DNA of 64,000 nucleotides from an uncultured Myxococcales bacterium (GCA_937910285.1 CALEOC010000027.1:6725-70724); one strand, 5' to 3'; positions 55,449 through 64,000 are shown, counted from the stretch's first letter. Notes: a model not told the origin generated them from the letters alone. Numbers and translations are program-made.

Positions 55449-55648
55449 GGCGGAGCTCCAGCTCCGCCACCCGCGACTTCGGACCGGCGCCCAGCGTAGG
55501 GGCGAATGGACGGAGGTCTGGGGGCAGAGGCTTGGCGTGGGCTCGCTCGCCCAGGTGAGCGCAGGTCCGGGACGAAGAGGGGTTCTTTCACGCCTCGCCA
55601 CGACCCGCGCGTCGGCTGCTCGTTGAGAGGGGCGCATGGAGATGCGCC
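55449..55648. repeat. second co-occurrence of the two small hairpin families
   Basis: GGCGGAGCT-CC-AGCTCCGCC lies at 55449-55468 and GGCGCAT-GGAG-ATGCGCC at 55631-55648. Confidence 0.65.
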
Positions 55649-55810
55649 GTCCGTCGAGTAGGCGAACAGATGCGCGGCCAGTTCGAGGGTGATCGGCGGC
55701 CGGCACGAAGGCCGGCCCCTCCGGGCGCCCAGACCCCGGCTAACAGACGGCGGGCGCTTGCCGGTGCTCCGGCCTCTCTCCACCTTGGCGCGCAGCGACA
55801 GGGAGGAGAG

Positions 55811-58186
55811 ATGGCGAAGAAGAACGAGCAGAGCGGCTTTCCCACGGTGGTCGACGAGAGCACCTACCCCAAGCCCCCGCACCGCTTCGAGCAGGCGCGA
55901 ATCGGGATGACCTGGGAGAGCTCGCGGCCCGACTACCCGCCGATGCCGCGGGCGCCGGGGCACGCCCCCAACGTGGTCATCGTGCTGCTCGACGACGCGG
56001 GCTACGGGGTGGCGAGCGCCTACGGGGGCCTGGTGCGCACCCCCACCGCCGAGAAGATCGCCCAGCAGGGGCTGCAGTACTGCCAGTTCCACACCACCGC
56101 CATCTGTGCTCCCACGCGCGCGGCGCTGCTCACCGGGCGCAACGCCCACAGCGTCTCCCAGGGCATCGTCGCCGAGTACGCGACCGGCTATCCGGGCTAC
56201 ACGGGGATCATCCCGCGCAGCACCGCCTTGCTCAGCGAGATCCTCTCGCCCAACGGCTACGCCACCGGCTGGTGGGGCAAGAACCACAACGTCCCGGACA
56301 ACTGCATGGGGCCCGCGGGGCCCTTCGACAACTGGCCGCTGCAGCGGGGCTTCGACTATTTCTACGGCTTCCTCGGCGGCGAGACCGACAACTTCTACCC
56401 GGCGCTGGTGCGCGGGAACACCCAGATCGATCCGCCGAAGAAACCCGAGGAGGGCTACCACCTCACCACTGATCTGGCCGACGACTGCATCACCTGGATG
56501 CGCAACCAGAAGGCCATCGCGCCGCAGCGGCCGCTCTTCGTGCACTTTGCGCCGGTCGCCGCCCACGGCCCGCACCAGCCGCCGGCCGAGTGGCGAGGCC
56601 GAAACAAGGGCCGCTTCGACATGGGGTGGGACCGCTACCGCGAGGTGGTCTTCGACAAGCAGCGAGAGCTGGGGGTCATCCCCGAGGGGACCAGGCTCAC
56701 GCCGCGGCCGCCGCAGATCCCCGCCTGGGACGACTTCCCTCCGGAGCAGCAGCGCCTGTTCGCCAGGCAGATGGAGACCTTCGCCGACTTCCACGAGCAC
56801 GCCGACTATGAGATAGGGCGCATGGTCTCCGCGCTCGAGCAGATGGGCGAGTTCGACAACACGCTCTTCATCTACATCCTGGGCGACAACGGCTCGAGCG
56901 CCGAAGGCAGCCTCGTCGGCACGCTCAACGAGACCGCCACCATGAGCGGGCTGGACTACCCGGTCGAGAAGTCGCTCTCGCGGATCGACGAGATGGGCCT
57001 GCCCGGCACCACGCCCCACTACGCGGTGGGCTGGGCGTGGGCCGGCGACGCGCCCTTCCAATGGATGAAGCAGGTCGCCTCGCACTTCGGCGGCACCCGC
57101 AACGGCATGGTCGTCTCCTGGCCCGCGTGGATAGCCGATCGCGGCGCCAAGCGCTTCCAGTTCCACCACGTCGTCGACATCGTGCCGACCATCCTCGAGG
57201 TGGCGGGCATCGCCGAGCCCCACATGATCAACGGGGTCACCCAGAAGCCCCTCGAAGGCACCAGCCTCGCCTACACCTTCGACCGCGAGAACGCCGAGGC
57301 GCCCAGCCGCCACACCACGCAGTACTTCGAGGTGATGGGCAACCGCGCCATCTACCACGACGGCTGGATAGCGAGCTGCCGGCACGGACGGCTGCCCTGG
57401 AAGACCTCGGGAAGCGCCGACTTCGACCAGGACGTGTGGGAGCTCTACGACGTGACCAACGACTACAGCCAGTCGGAGGACCTCGCCCAGAAGCACCCCG
57501 AGAGGCTGCGCAAGCTGCAGGAGCTCTTCTTGGTGGAGGCGGCCAAGTACGACGTGCTTCCCCTGGACGACAGGTTCGTCGAGCGCGCGGACATCACCCT
57601 GCGCCCCAACTTCTTCACCGGTCGCAAGCAGCTCGTGCTGCCGCCCACCCTGCGCTTTCTGCAGGAGGGCGCGGCGCCGAAGTTCAACAACGTCGATCAC
57701 CTGCTCGACCTCATCGCCCACATCCCCGACGGCGGCGCCGAGGGGGTCCTCGTCGCCATGGGGGGCGACGGCGCGGGCTGGTCGCTCTTCGTCGACGGGG
57801 GCAAGCTTCGCTACCACTACAATTTCTGCGACATCGAGCGCTATGACGTGGTGGCCGACGAACCGCTGCCCACCGGGCGGGTCGCCATCCGCCTGGAGTT
57901 TGTCTGCGACGACCCGAAGAGCGTGGGGGCTCCGGCCACGGTGCGCCTGCACCTCAACGGCAAGCAGGTCGCCGAAGGGCGGATCGCCAAGCAGATCCGC
58001 GGCCGCTACGCCTTCGGCGAGTGCCTGGACGTGGGGCGCGACAGCCGTTCGCCGGTCTGGCCGGGCTACCGCAGCCGGCTCCCCTTCGAGTTCACCGGGC
58101 ACATCGAGGGCGTGCGCGTAGAGCTCGGGGAGGCGGCCGAGCGCACCACCGGCGAGCTCATCGAGGAGCACCTGCACTTCGAATAG
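55811..58186 (+). CDS. arylsulfatase (formylglycine-dependent, long ~790-aa type)
   Basis: I start at MAKKNEQSGF (ATG 55811), preceded by GGGAGGAGAG. The metal-site N-terminus is PNVVIVLLDDAGYG. The FGly motif CAPTRAALLTGRN is present. Confidence 0.9.
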   Translation: MAKKNEQSGFPTVVDESTYPKPPHRFEQARIGMTWESSRPDYPPMPRAPGHAPNVVIVLLDDAGYGVASAYGGLVRTPTAEKIAQQGLQYCQFHTTAICAPTRAALLTGRNAHSVSQGIVAEYATGYPGYTGIIPRSTALLSEILSPNGYATGWWGKNHNVPDNCMGPAGPFDNWPLQRGFDYFYGFLGGETDNFYPALVRGNTQIDPPKKPEEGYHLTTDLADDCITWMRNQKAIAPQRPLFVHFAPVAAHGPHQPPAEWRGRNKGRFDMGWDRYREVVFDKQRELGVIPEGTRLTPRPPQIPAWDDFPPEQQRLFARQMETFADFHEHADYEIGRMVSALEQMGEFDNTLFIYILGDNGSSAEGSLVGTLNETATMSGLDYPVEKSLSRIDEMGLPGTTPHYAVGWAWAGDAPFQWMKQVASHFGGTRNGMVVSWPAWIADRGAKRFQFHHVVDIVPTILEVAGIAEPHMINGVTQKPLEGTSLAYTFDRENAEAPSRHTTQYFEVMGNRAIYHDGWIASCRHGRLPWKTSGSADFDQDVWELYDVTNDYSQSEDLAQKHPERLRKLQELFLVEAAKYDVLPLDDRFVERADITLRPNFFTGRKQLVLPPTLRFLQEGAAPKFNNVDHLLDLIAHIPDGGAEGVLVAMGGDGAGWSLFVDGGKLRYHYNFCDIERYDVVADEPLPTGRVAIRLEFVCDDPKSVGAPATVRLHLNGKQVAEGRIAKQIRGRYAFGECLDVGRDSRSPVWPGYRSRLPFEFTGHIEGVRVELGEAAERTTGELIEEHLHFE

Positions 58187-58242
58187 GCCGAGGAGCCGCT
58201 CGCCCGCGGGCGTTGGCGACGGTTGGAAGGAGGTGCTTTTCG

Positions 58243-59121
58243 ATGCGCGAGCTCTTCACGGCGATCGTGCCCTGGGCGACGCTGGTCTACGCGGTGAGCT
58301 CGATGCTCTCGGTGGGCCTCGGCCACTCCTTCTCGAAGATCATCGGCCCGCTCAAGAACTGGCCCTGGATGCTCCTGGCGCTGGCGGCGAACTTCCTGCT
58401 CGCGCCGGCGCTCGCCTATCTGCTTGATCGCGCCTTCGGCCTCGACACCCCGCACGCGGTGGGCCTCTTCTTGATCGGCTCGGCCGCGGGTGCGCCCTTT
58501 CTGCTCAAGCTCACCCAGGCCGCGAGGGGCGACATGGCGCTCGCCGCCTCGCTCTTGGTGCTGCTCCTGCCGCTCACGGTCGTCTTCGTCCCCCTGGTGC
58601 TGCCCACCGTCCTCCCGGAGGCGCAAGTCTCGGCAGGGGCTATCGCGCGGCCACTCGTCTTCTCGATGCTCTTGCCGCTGGCCGCTGGGATGTTGCTGCG
58701 GCCGGTGGCGCCGGGCTTTGCCGCCCGGGCCTCCCGGCCGCTCAGCGACCTGGCGACTGTCGCGCTGGTCGTGCTCTTGGCGTCGATCGTCGTCGCCGAC
58801 TGGCCCGAGCTGATCGGTATCGGCGCGCGCGCCATCCTCGCCGCCTTTGTTTTCATCCTGGGGGCCTTCCTCATCGGGCTGGCGCTCGGGGCCCGGCATC
58901 GCGAAAGGCGCACCGTGCTCGCCTTTGGGACCGCTCAGCGCAACATCGCCGCGGCGACCCTGGTCGCAACCCAGACCTTCGAGACCCTGCCGTCGGTCGT
59001 CGTGATGGTGACCGCCGCCGCGGTGGTGGGGATGCTGCTGCTCTTCCCGCTCGCCTTCGGCTTTCGCTGGCTCGCGGTGCACCCGGGCACAGCGGGCTTC
59101 TTACGCCGCCGACATGCCTAG
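58243..59121 (+). CDS. SBF/BASS-like (bile acid:Na+ symporter family) membrane transporter
   Basis: I start at MRELFTAIVP (ATG 58243), with GGAAGGAGG 9 nt upstream. About 8-9 hydrophobic segments are present. The text GLFLIGSAAGAPF...FGTAQRNIAAA resembles SBF-like carriers. Confidence 0.65.
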   Translation: MRELFTAIVPWATLVYAVSSMLSVGLGHSFSKIIGPLKNWPWMLLALAANFLLAPALAYLLDRAFGLDTPHAVGLFLIGSAAGAPFLLKLTQAARGDMALAASLLVLLLPLTVVFVPLVLPTVLPEAQVSAGAIARPLVFSMLLPLAAGMLLRPVAPGFAARASRPLSDLATVALVVLLASIVVADWPELIGIGARAILAAFVFILGAFLIGLALGARHRERRTVLAFGTAQRNIAAATLVATQTFETLPSVVVMVTAAAVVGMLLLFPLAFGFRWLAVHPGTAGFLRRRHA

Positions 59122-59515
59122 GATTTTGACCGTCTTCTGGTCATTCCGGGCCTGGAGGCGACCAGGGAAAGCCTTTGAATCGAGGCACGCGGGTGAAGGG
59201 CAACGCGGCCAGCTTCGGCCAGTCCAAACCGGCCGCGAAAACGAGCTCTGGCTGCAAGCGCCCGGACTTCGCGTGGTTGCCAGCCCATCGCCTGGAGCTG
59301 CACGAAGAGTGGTGCTCGACCTCGACCCGCCTCGCGCTCCTGAGCTCGGTCAACCTTGTCCAAGCCACTTGGGCGCAGCCCGGTCATCGAGGGAAAGCCT
59401 GCTCGATGAGCGCGATGGCCTCGCAGTCCCGCGCTGCTCAGACCCGAAGTGGGCCCGAAGGACGATGGAGCGGTTTGCCGACTCGATGCCAATTCGCATG
59501 AGGAGTACGCACCCG

Positions 59516-60778
59516 ATGAACAGAATGGACGGACGGGTAGAGAATCCGGGACTCCGGCAGGGCATCCACGTGGTCGCAAAACCGGTAGGCCCTCTCTGCA
59601 ACCTCGACTGCGGATACTGTTTCTACCTCGAGAAACGCTCCTTGTTCGGGACGAACGCCAGTTACCGGATGTCCGACCAAGTCTTATCGGCCCTGATCCA
59701 TAACTACGCGGTCTCCCAGCCCACGCCGACAGCAGAGATCGTCTGGCAGGGAGGCGAACCCACCCTCGCCGGGCTTGATTTCTTCAAGAAAGCCGTCCGG
59801 GAACAGAGGCGGTACGCGAGCCAGAAGACCTTCAAGAACTCCCTGCAGACGAACGGCACAATGCTCACCGACGAGTGGTGCGCCTGGCTGAAGCAAAACC
59901 ATTTCACCGTGGGGATAAGTCTCGATGGGCCGGAGGCCATCCATAATGCCTACCGCGGTGACCGCCGAGGGACCGGCTCATTCAAGAGCGTGTTGCGGGG
60001 GTTGAGGGCCCTTCAAAAGCACGGCGTCGAATACAACGTGCTCGCCTGCGTGGCGAGGGATACCGCGAAGAGGCCGTTGGAGGTCTACTCCTTCCTAAAG
60101 AACGAAGGGGTGGAGTTCATCCAGTTCCTCCCGGTGGTCGAGCGTATTTCCGGCGAGGAGGGCTCGCCGCGAGGCTCGCGTCTGGCCGGCCCTGCGCACT
60201 TGGACGAGGCGGAGAATCAGCAGGTCGCCCCCTGGACCGTCGTTCCCGAAGAATACGCCGATTTCTTGATTGCCATTTGCGAAGACTGGGTCCGGCACGA
60301 CGTGGGCGCGGTCTTCGTCATGAATTTCGAGTGGGCGCTCAACGCCTGGATTGGCAATCCCTCGCCCGTCTGCGTTCACGCGCCGCGATGCGGACGCGCC
60401 GTGGCCGTCGAGCACAACGGCGACGTGTACGCCTGCGACCACTTCGTCTACCCGGAATACTTGCTTGGAAACGTGGCCGACGACTCGCTCGAGCAGATGG
60501 TGGAGCGGTCATTGACAAGGGGCTTCGGCCTCTCGAAGCAGCACTCGTTGCCCGAGCAGTGTCGGGCGTGCCCTGTATTGAGTGGCTGCTGGGGAGGTTG
60601 CCCGAAACAGCGCTTCGCGACGACTGCCTCCGGTGAGCCGGGGCTCGCTTACCTGTGCGCGGGTTACCGCAAGTTCTTCCTCCATATCCGAAAGTATCTC
60701 CAGCCCCTGGCACAGTTGGTGGCGAAGGGGCTTCCAGCTTCGAGAATAATGGATTCAATTCCAAGGTCGGCCGGATAG
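59516..60778 (+). CDS. anaerobic sulfatase-maturating enzyme (radical SAM, SPASM domain)
   Basis: Motifs: KPVGPLCNLDCGYCFY (CX3CX2C), GGEPTL, and C-terminal SPASM cysteines (CVHAPRCG...ACDHF...CRACPVLSGCWGGCPK). The start is uncertain, with upstream in-frame ATGs at 59466 and 59487. A/T-ending codons are visibly more frequent than in neighbouring genes. Confidence 0.9.
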   Translation: MNRMDGRVENPGLRQGIHVVAKPVGPLCNLDCGYCFYLEKRSLFGTNASYRMSDQVLSALIHNYAVSQPTPTAEIVWQGGEPTLAGLDFFKKAVREQRRYASQKTFKNSLQTNGTMLTDEWCAWLKQNHFTVGISLDGPEAIHNAYRGDRRGTGSFKSVLRGLRALQKHGVEYNVLACVARDTAKRPLEVYSFLKNEGVEFIQFLPVVERISGEEGSPRGSRLAGPAHLDEAENQQVAPWTVVPEEYADFLIAICEDWVRHDVGAVFVMNFEWALNAWIGNPSPVCVHAPRCGRAVAVEHNGDVYACDHFVYPEYLLGNVADDSLEQMVERSLTRGFGLSKQHSLPEQCRACPVLSGCWGGCPKQRFATTASGEPGLAYLCAGYRKFFLHIRKYLQPLAQLVAKGLPASRIMDSIPRSAG

Positions 60779-60905
60779 CCTGATTCCAGAACCCCTGAGC
60801 CACCTCACCTCGGTGATGAAACATCCAATGCCCTTGTCGGCGGCGCGGTTGCTCGAACGCCGGGCGAAGCGCGGGTACCAGCGGACCGAACGCCGCGGCC
60901 ACGTT

Positions 60906-61460
60906 TCATCGATTCTTGCTCCCTGCTGCCGCCGGTCGCTGGGAAGGTGAGCAGCCCTGGATTCCCGTCTTCGGCGAGCAGGAGCTGCCGGCGAGCCGCT
61001 CGACGGGCTCTGGACGGGCGAACCCGGTCTCTTGCCTGCGAGTTGGACGCGTCCTCAGGCACAGCTCGGCGCCGAGAGCGCCGACGGCGAGTGGCTCGAG
61101 GAGGAGGAGAACGGGTTCTTGCGCGACTCCGAGGCGCGCGCCGACCTGCTTGGAAGCCAACCCGTCGAGCCCCAGGTCGGGCAACGTGGCGGCGGCGGCG
61201 CTCTCTGCGAGCGCCGCGTCGCAAACCCGGCGGGCTTCGCGGAACGCCTCTGCGGCCTCCTCGAGCGTGCCGTGAGTCGCTCTGAAGCTTTCCAGACTCG
61301 CGGGGAGGCTGCCGGTAACCGTCTGGCCAGGCGCGAAGGCCGCGGCGCCCTGAATCCGCTGGTCGATTCGATATGACCCCGAAACGGTGAGTGCGGCACT
61401 CTCCGGCCGGACCGCAGGCGCCGCCAACCATCCCGCCCCCCGGGAGGGGGTCTTCCTCAC
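60906..61460 (-). CDS. hypothetical protein (weak call)
   Basis: This 184-aa ORF has a partly protein-like middle (HGTLEEAAEAFREARRVCDAALAES...) but Arg/Pro-rich ends. The opposite strand has an equally open frame. No family was recognised. Confidence 0.25.
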   Translation of the reverse strand: MRKTPSRGAGWLAAPAVRPESAALTVSGSYRIDQRIQGAAAFAPGQTVTGSLPASLESFRATHGTLEEAAEAFREARRVCDAALAESAAAATLPDLGLDGLASKQVGARLGVAQEPVLLLLEPLAVGALGAELCLRTRPTRRQETGFARPEPVERLAGSSCSPKTGIQGCSPSQRPAAAGSKNR

Positions 61461-61481
61461 ATCCCCAATGGGAACGGGATC

Positions 61482-61725
61482 CCGGATCTCGGAACGTCAT
61501 TTCTGCGCGCGGAAAAGCCGTTCCGAGGACGGGAATGGCCTTTCCGCCCTGCAGATCGGCGTTCCGAGGACGGGAATGGCCTTCCTGACCCGCAGATCGG
61601 CGTTCCGAGGACGGGAATGGCCTTCCTGACCCCGCAGATCGGCGTTCCGAGGACGGGAACGGCCTTCCTGACCCTGCGGATCGGCGTTCCGAGGACCGAG
61701 CTGGCCTGCCTGGCCTGGCGAGAGA
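61482..61725. repeat. 41/42-bp tandem array (5 units) preceded by a partial inverted core
   Basis: The core CGTTCCGAGGACGGGAA(T/C)GGCC occurs at 61519, 61560, 61601, 61643 and 61685. CCGGATCTCGGAACG at 61482-61496 is a partial reverse complement of the core. Confidence 0.85.
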
Positions 61726-61953
61726 GCCGGTTCGGCGACGCGGATAGGGCTCGTGTGACTTGGCGGCGCACGCGCCGGAGACGGCCGCAGCAGCCAAGCC
61801 CATCGAGCCTGTTGGCTCCAATCGACCGACCGCGAGCCCGAAGCAGGAAGAGCGCCGGACAACCGTAGCGCCGCTAGCTTCTACGCAGGCGAGCTCACGA
61901 CCACCGCGGCCTCGCCGTCAGAGTCCAGCCTTTCCGCGTTCGCAGGCGCCTGA

Positions 61954-64000
61954 TCACTCGGGAGAGATCGCAGCCTGCCCGCCGCCGGCTTCCCTTTGCG
62001 ATGGCGGCTCTTCCTCAACGAGGTCCGGCGGCAGCTCGAATCGCTGCAGCTCGACGCGGTCGTCACGGTCCACGACGAGCGCCACATGCCGCCTCCCGAC
62101 TGCCGCGGCGAGCAGGTTGGTGCCGCACGACTCCTCGTAGCTCACCTCGTAGGTGCCGCCGCCAACTCGCGCCAGCAGAAGACGCCCGTGGTTCCACGCC
62201 GCCACCGCCTCCCCAGGGCCGCGGGCAATCTGCGAGAAGTCGCCCCTCCAGGTCTGCTCCAGAACCTGCGCCCCAGGCTTCAACGGTACGCGCCAGAGCC
62301 AGGTGCGCTCGTCCGAGCTGCTCAGGCAGAGCGCCTCCGCATCGCCCGGGCGCCCGGCGGCACAGCTCAGCGTGAGCGCGGTGCCGACGACCGCGGGCGG
62401 CGCGTCGGCCGCGAGAAGGGACACCGCAAGAGTGCCCTGTCCCATCGCCGCGGAGAGCATGTCGGCGACCTTGGCTGACTCAAAGCCTGCGGACGAAGCC
62501 ACGAATCCTTCCTCCAACCCGACGAAAGCCATCGGGACGAGTCGCTCCTCGCCCTCGGTCGCAAAGGCGAAGCGCCGAGTGTGGAGCCCGGGGCCGTCGA
62601 GCTCGCCTCCGACGGAGAGGAGCTGCTGCTTTGCCCAATCCACGCCGTCGCCACGCCAGCCTGGAGTCGCGGCTGAGAGAGTGCTCAGGCTCGCGGGAAC
62701 CTCGACCGACCAGAGCTCCCGCGTCCCCGAGGGCTCGACCGCCAACAGCCGCACCCGGCGCTCGGCCTCTCCATCCTCGAGAACGAGCGCACGCCCCTCG
62801 GCCGGTAACGCGACGCTCACCGCCTTCACGGAGTGGGTCCAGCCGTCGAAGCTGCCGACGAGGTACTCGTGCTCTTCTTCCTCGGTCGGACAGGGTCCCG
62901 TCGCGAAGAGCGATCCGTCCGGGGAGAGCCTCAGCTCGTAGGCCGGACATTCGAGCGTCGCGCTCCCCGCGAGCTTCAGGCCGATGGCCGAGGTTGGACC
63001 GGCCGCGCGGGGCCCGAAGAACGGGTCCTGAACCCAGAGACCGGAGGTCGCCGGCAGCCCGGCGAACAGCAGCGCGCCCGCCACCGCCGCGGCCGGAAGC
63101 CAGAAGAGCGCGGAGCGGCGAACTGCCCACAGCCCTACCGCGAGCCCCAACAGGTGCAGCGCGCCGGTGAGCCAGTCGTTCGCGGTCAGGTGCGCCGTCA
63201 GCAGCGTTCTGGGCGGCAATATCTCCACGGCCACGGCACCGATGGCGAACGCCGCCGCCGGGACCAGCGCAGCCACGGCCAGGCGCTCCAAAGGCGCCGG
63301 CGATTCGTGCTGCCGCGCGGCACGAATCCCGAGGCCGGCACAGAGCAGGCCGAGGACGATCAACGTCGCGCCGGCCCCGATGCCGATCCCGCTCTCCGAT
63401 TGGCCGGCCAGGCCGAGCAAGCCGACCCCGGCGCCGACGACGCCCAGGCTCGTCTGCGCGAGCGGCCCCGGCTTGAAGAGCGCGGCGAACGCGGGGAGCA
63501 GCACGGCGAGCGGGTTCCCGGCGACGACCGTCGCGAGAAAGGTGAAGGACGCTGCCAGCCGCGCCAGCGCCCGGGTCCCTGCGCCCTCGCTCCGGGCGAG
63601 CTTGCCGTCGAGTGCGTTGAGCGCCTCCTCGGCCCGGCGCGCCTCCTCCGGACTCAGGGCCAGGCGCAGGACCTCGTTGCCGCGCCGCGCGTGAAGCTCG
63701 ATTCGCCCGCGGCGAGAGGCGATGCGCAACTCACTGAGCTCGGAGAGCGCGTAGCTTCGGACGAGCCGCGCGGCCTCCTGAAGCGCGGCCGGCGTGGAGG
63801 CCGTGCCGTCGGGCACCCCTTCCAGCCAGCGAACGCGCTCGGCCTCGAGGACGACGAAGGAGCCCGGGGGGCTGGACGCGAGGACGACGGGCTCGGCCAG
63901 AGCGCGAGGGGCATCGCCGCGCAGCGCCTGAAGCCGCCGCGCGAGGCTCGGGTGCGTGCTCAGGGCCTCGGCCCCCTCCTCCATCCGCCGCGGCACCTGA
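61954..64000 (-). CDS. large membrane protein, 5' end outside the window; N-terminal visible part resembles the end of an M48 (HtpX/Ste24-like) peptidase domain
   Basis: The frame is open to the window edge. The first visible residues ...THPSLARRLQAL... match the conserved C-terminal helix of M48 peptidases. About 8 hydrophobic segments follow, then a soluble domain of about 330 aa of unknown family. Confidence 0.5.
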   Translation of the reverse strand, partial: QVPRRMEEGAEALSTHPSLARRLQALRGDAPRALAEPVVLASSPPGSFVVLEAERVRWLEGVPDGTASTPAALQEAARLVRSYALSELSELRIASRRGRIELHARRGNEVLRLALSPEEARRAEEALNALDGKLARSEGAGTRALARLAASFTFLATVVAGNPLAVLLPAFAALFKPGPLAQTSLGVVGAGVGLLGLAGQSESGIGIGAGATLIVLGLLCAGLGIRAARQHESPAPLERLAVAALVPAAAFAIGAVAVEILPPRTLLTAHLTANDWLTGALHLLGLAVGLWAVRRSALFWLPAAAVAGALLFAGLPATSGLWVQDPFFGPRAAGPTSAIGLKLAGSATLECPAYELRLSPDGSLFATGPCPTEEEEHEYLVGSFDGWTHSVKAVSVALPAEGRALVLEDGEAERRVRLLAVEPSGTRELWSVEVPASLSTLSAATPGWRGDGVDWAKQQLLSVGGELDGPGLHTRRFAFATEGEERLVPMAFVGLEEGFVASSAGFESAKVADMLSAAMGQGTLAVSLLAADAPPAVVGTALTLSCAAGRPGDAEALCLSSSDERTWLWRVPLKPGAQVLEQTWRGDFSQIARGPGEAVAAWNHGRLLLARVGGGTYEVSYEESCGTNLLAAAVGRRHVALVVDRDDRVELQRFELPPDLVEEEPPSQREAGGGQAAISPE

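Noticed and set aside
55418-58177. A 919-aa minus-strand ORF opposite the arylsulfatase gene.
   Set aside because: It is the antisense shadow of a gene with an unmistakable sulfatase active-site motif (CAPTRAALLTGRN) and a good ribosome-binding site. Its own translation has no recognisable domain.
60805-61821. A 338-aa minus-strand ORF spanning the array at 61482-61725.
   Set aside because: It reads through the 41/42-bp repeats as reiterated Arg/Ser/Gly text (SERRSAGSGRPFPS...), its composition is implausible, and the repeat period breaks the frame between units.

Overview
This is a very GC-rich bacterial chromosomal segment. Third codon positions are almost all G/C, and long Arg/Pro/Ala-rich shadow ORFs cover both strands; I treat those as artefacts. 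The gene content includes a cysteine-rich repeat lipoprotein, a collagen-like lipoprotein, an ECF sigma factor, a patatin-like lipase, a class II photolyase and a GH3-like ligase. That mix fits a myxobacterium-like organism best, but this is inference only. I call about 45 protein-coding genes. The clearest are a giant cyclic beta-1,2-glucan synthase (about 8.8 kb), radA, the three-gene pntAA-pntAB-pntB transhydrogenase operon, a TolC/MFP/RND efflux operon and an ABC-2 exporter pair. Others are an arylsulfatase / SBF-type transporter / radical-SAM sulfatase maturase locus, lspA, a histidine kinase, a receiver protein, a cNMP-binding protein and a tightly coupled acyltransferase-GH3-HAD-FtsX-ABC operon. 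I recognised no rRNA, tRNA, CRISPR array, transposase, integrase or phage gene. The unusual content is mostly non-coding. (1) Five separate intergenic tandem arrays have unit lengths of 42, 41/42, 21, about 69 and 41/42 bp, several with dyad-symmetric cores. (2) A modular REP/MITE-like dispersed element occurs in at least 8 intergenic gaps, together with two small hairpin families. (3) There are clear rearrangement scars: a roughly 450-bp duplication that brackets the glucan synthase gene (one intact DUF2769 gene, one decayed copy); a 119-bp duplication of the radA 3' end fused in frame to the middle of a shattered FadH/OYE-type flavoenzyme gene; a 5'-truncated PIN gene; and an outer-membrane protein gene with an in-frame TAG. 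All functional calls come from reading the translated ORFs by eye for family motifs. No database search was run.
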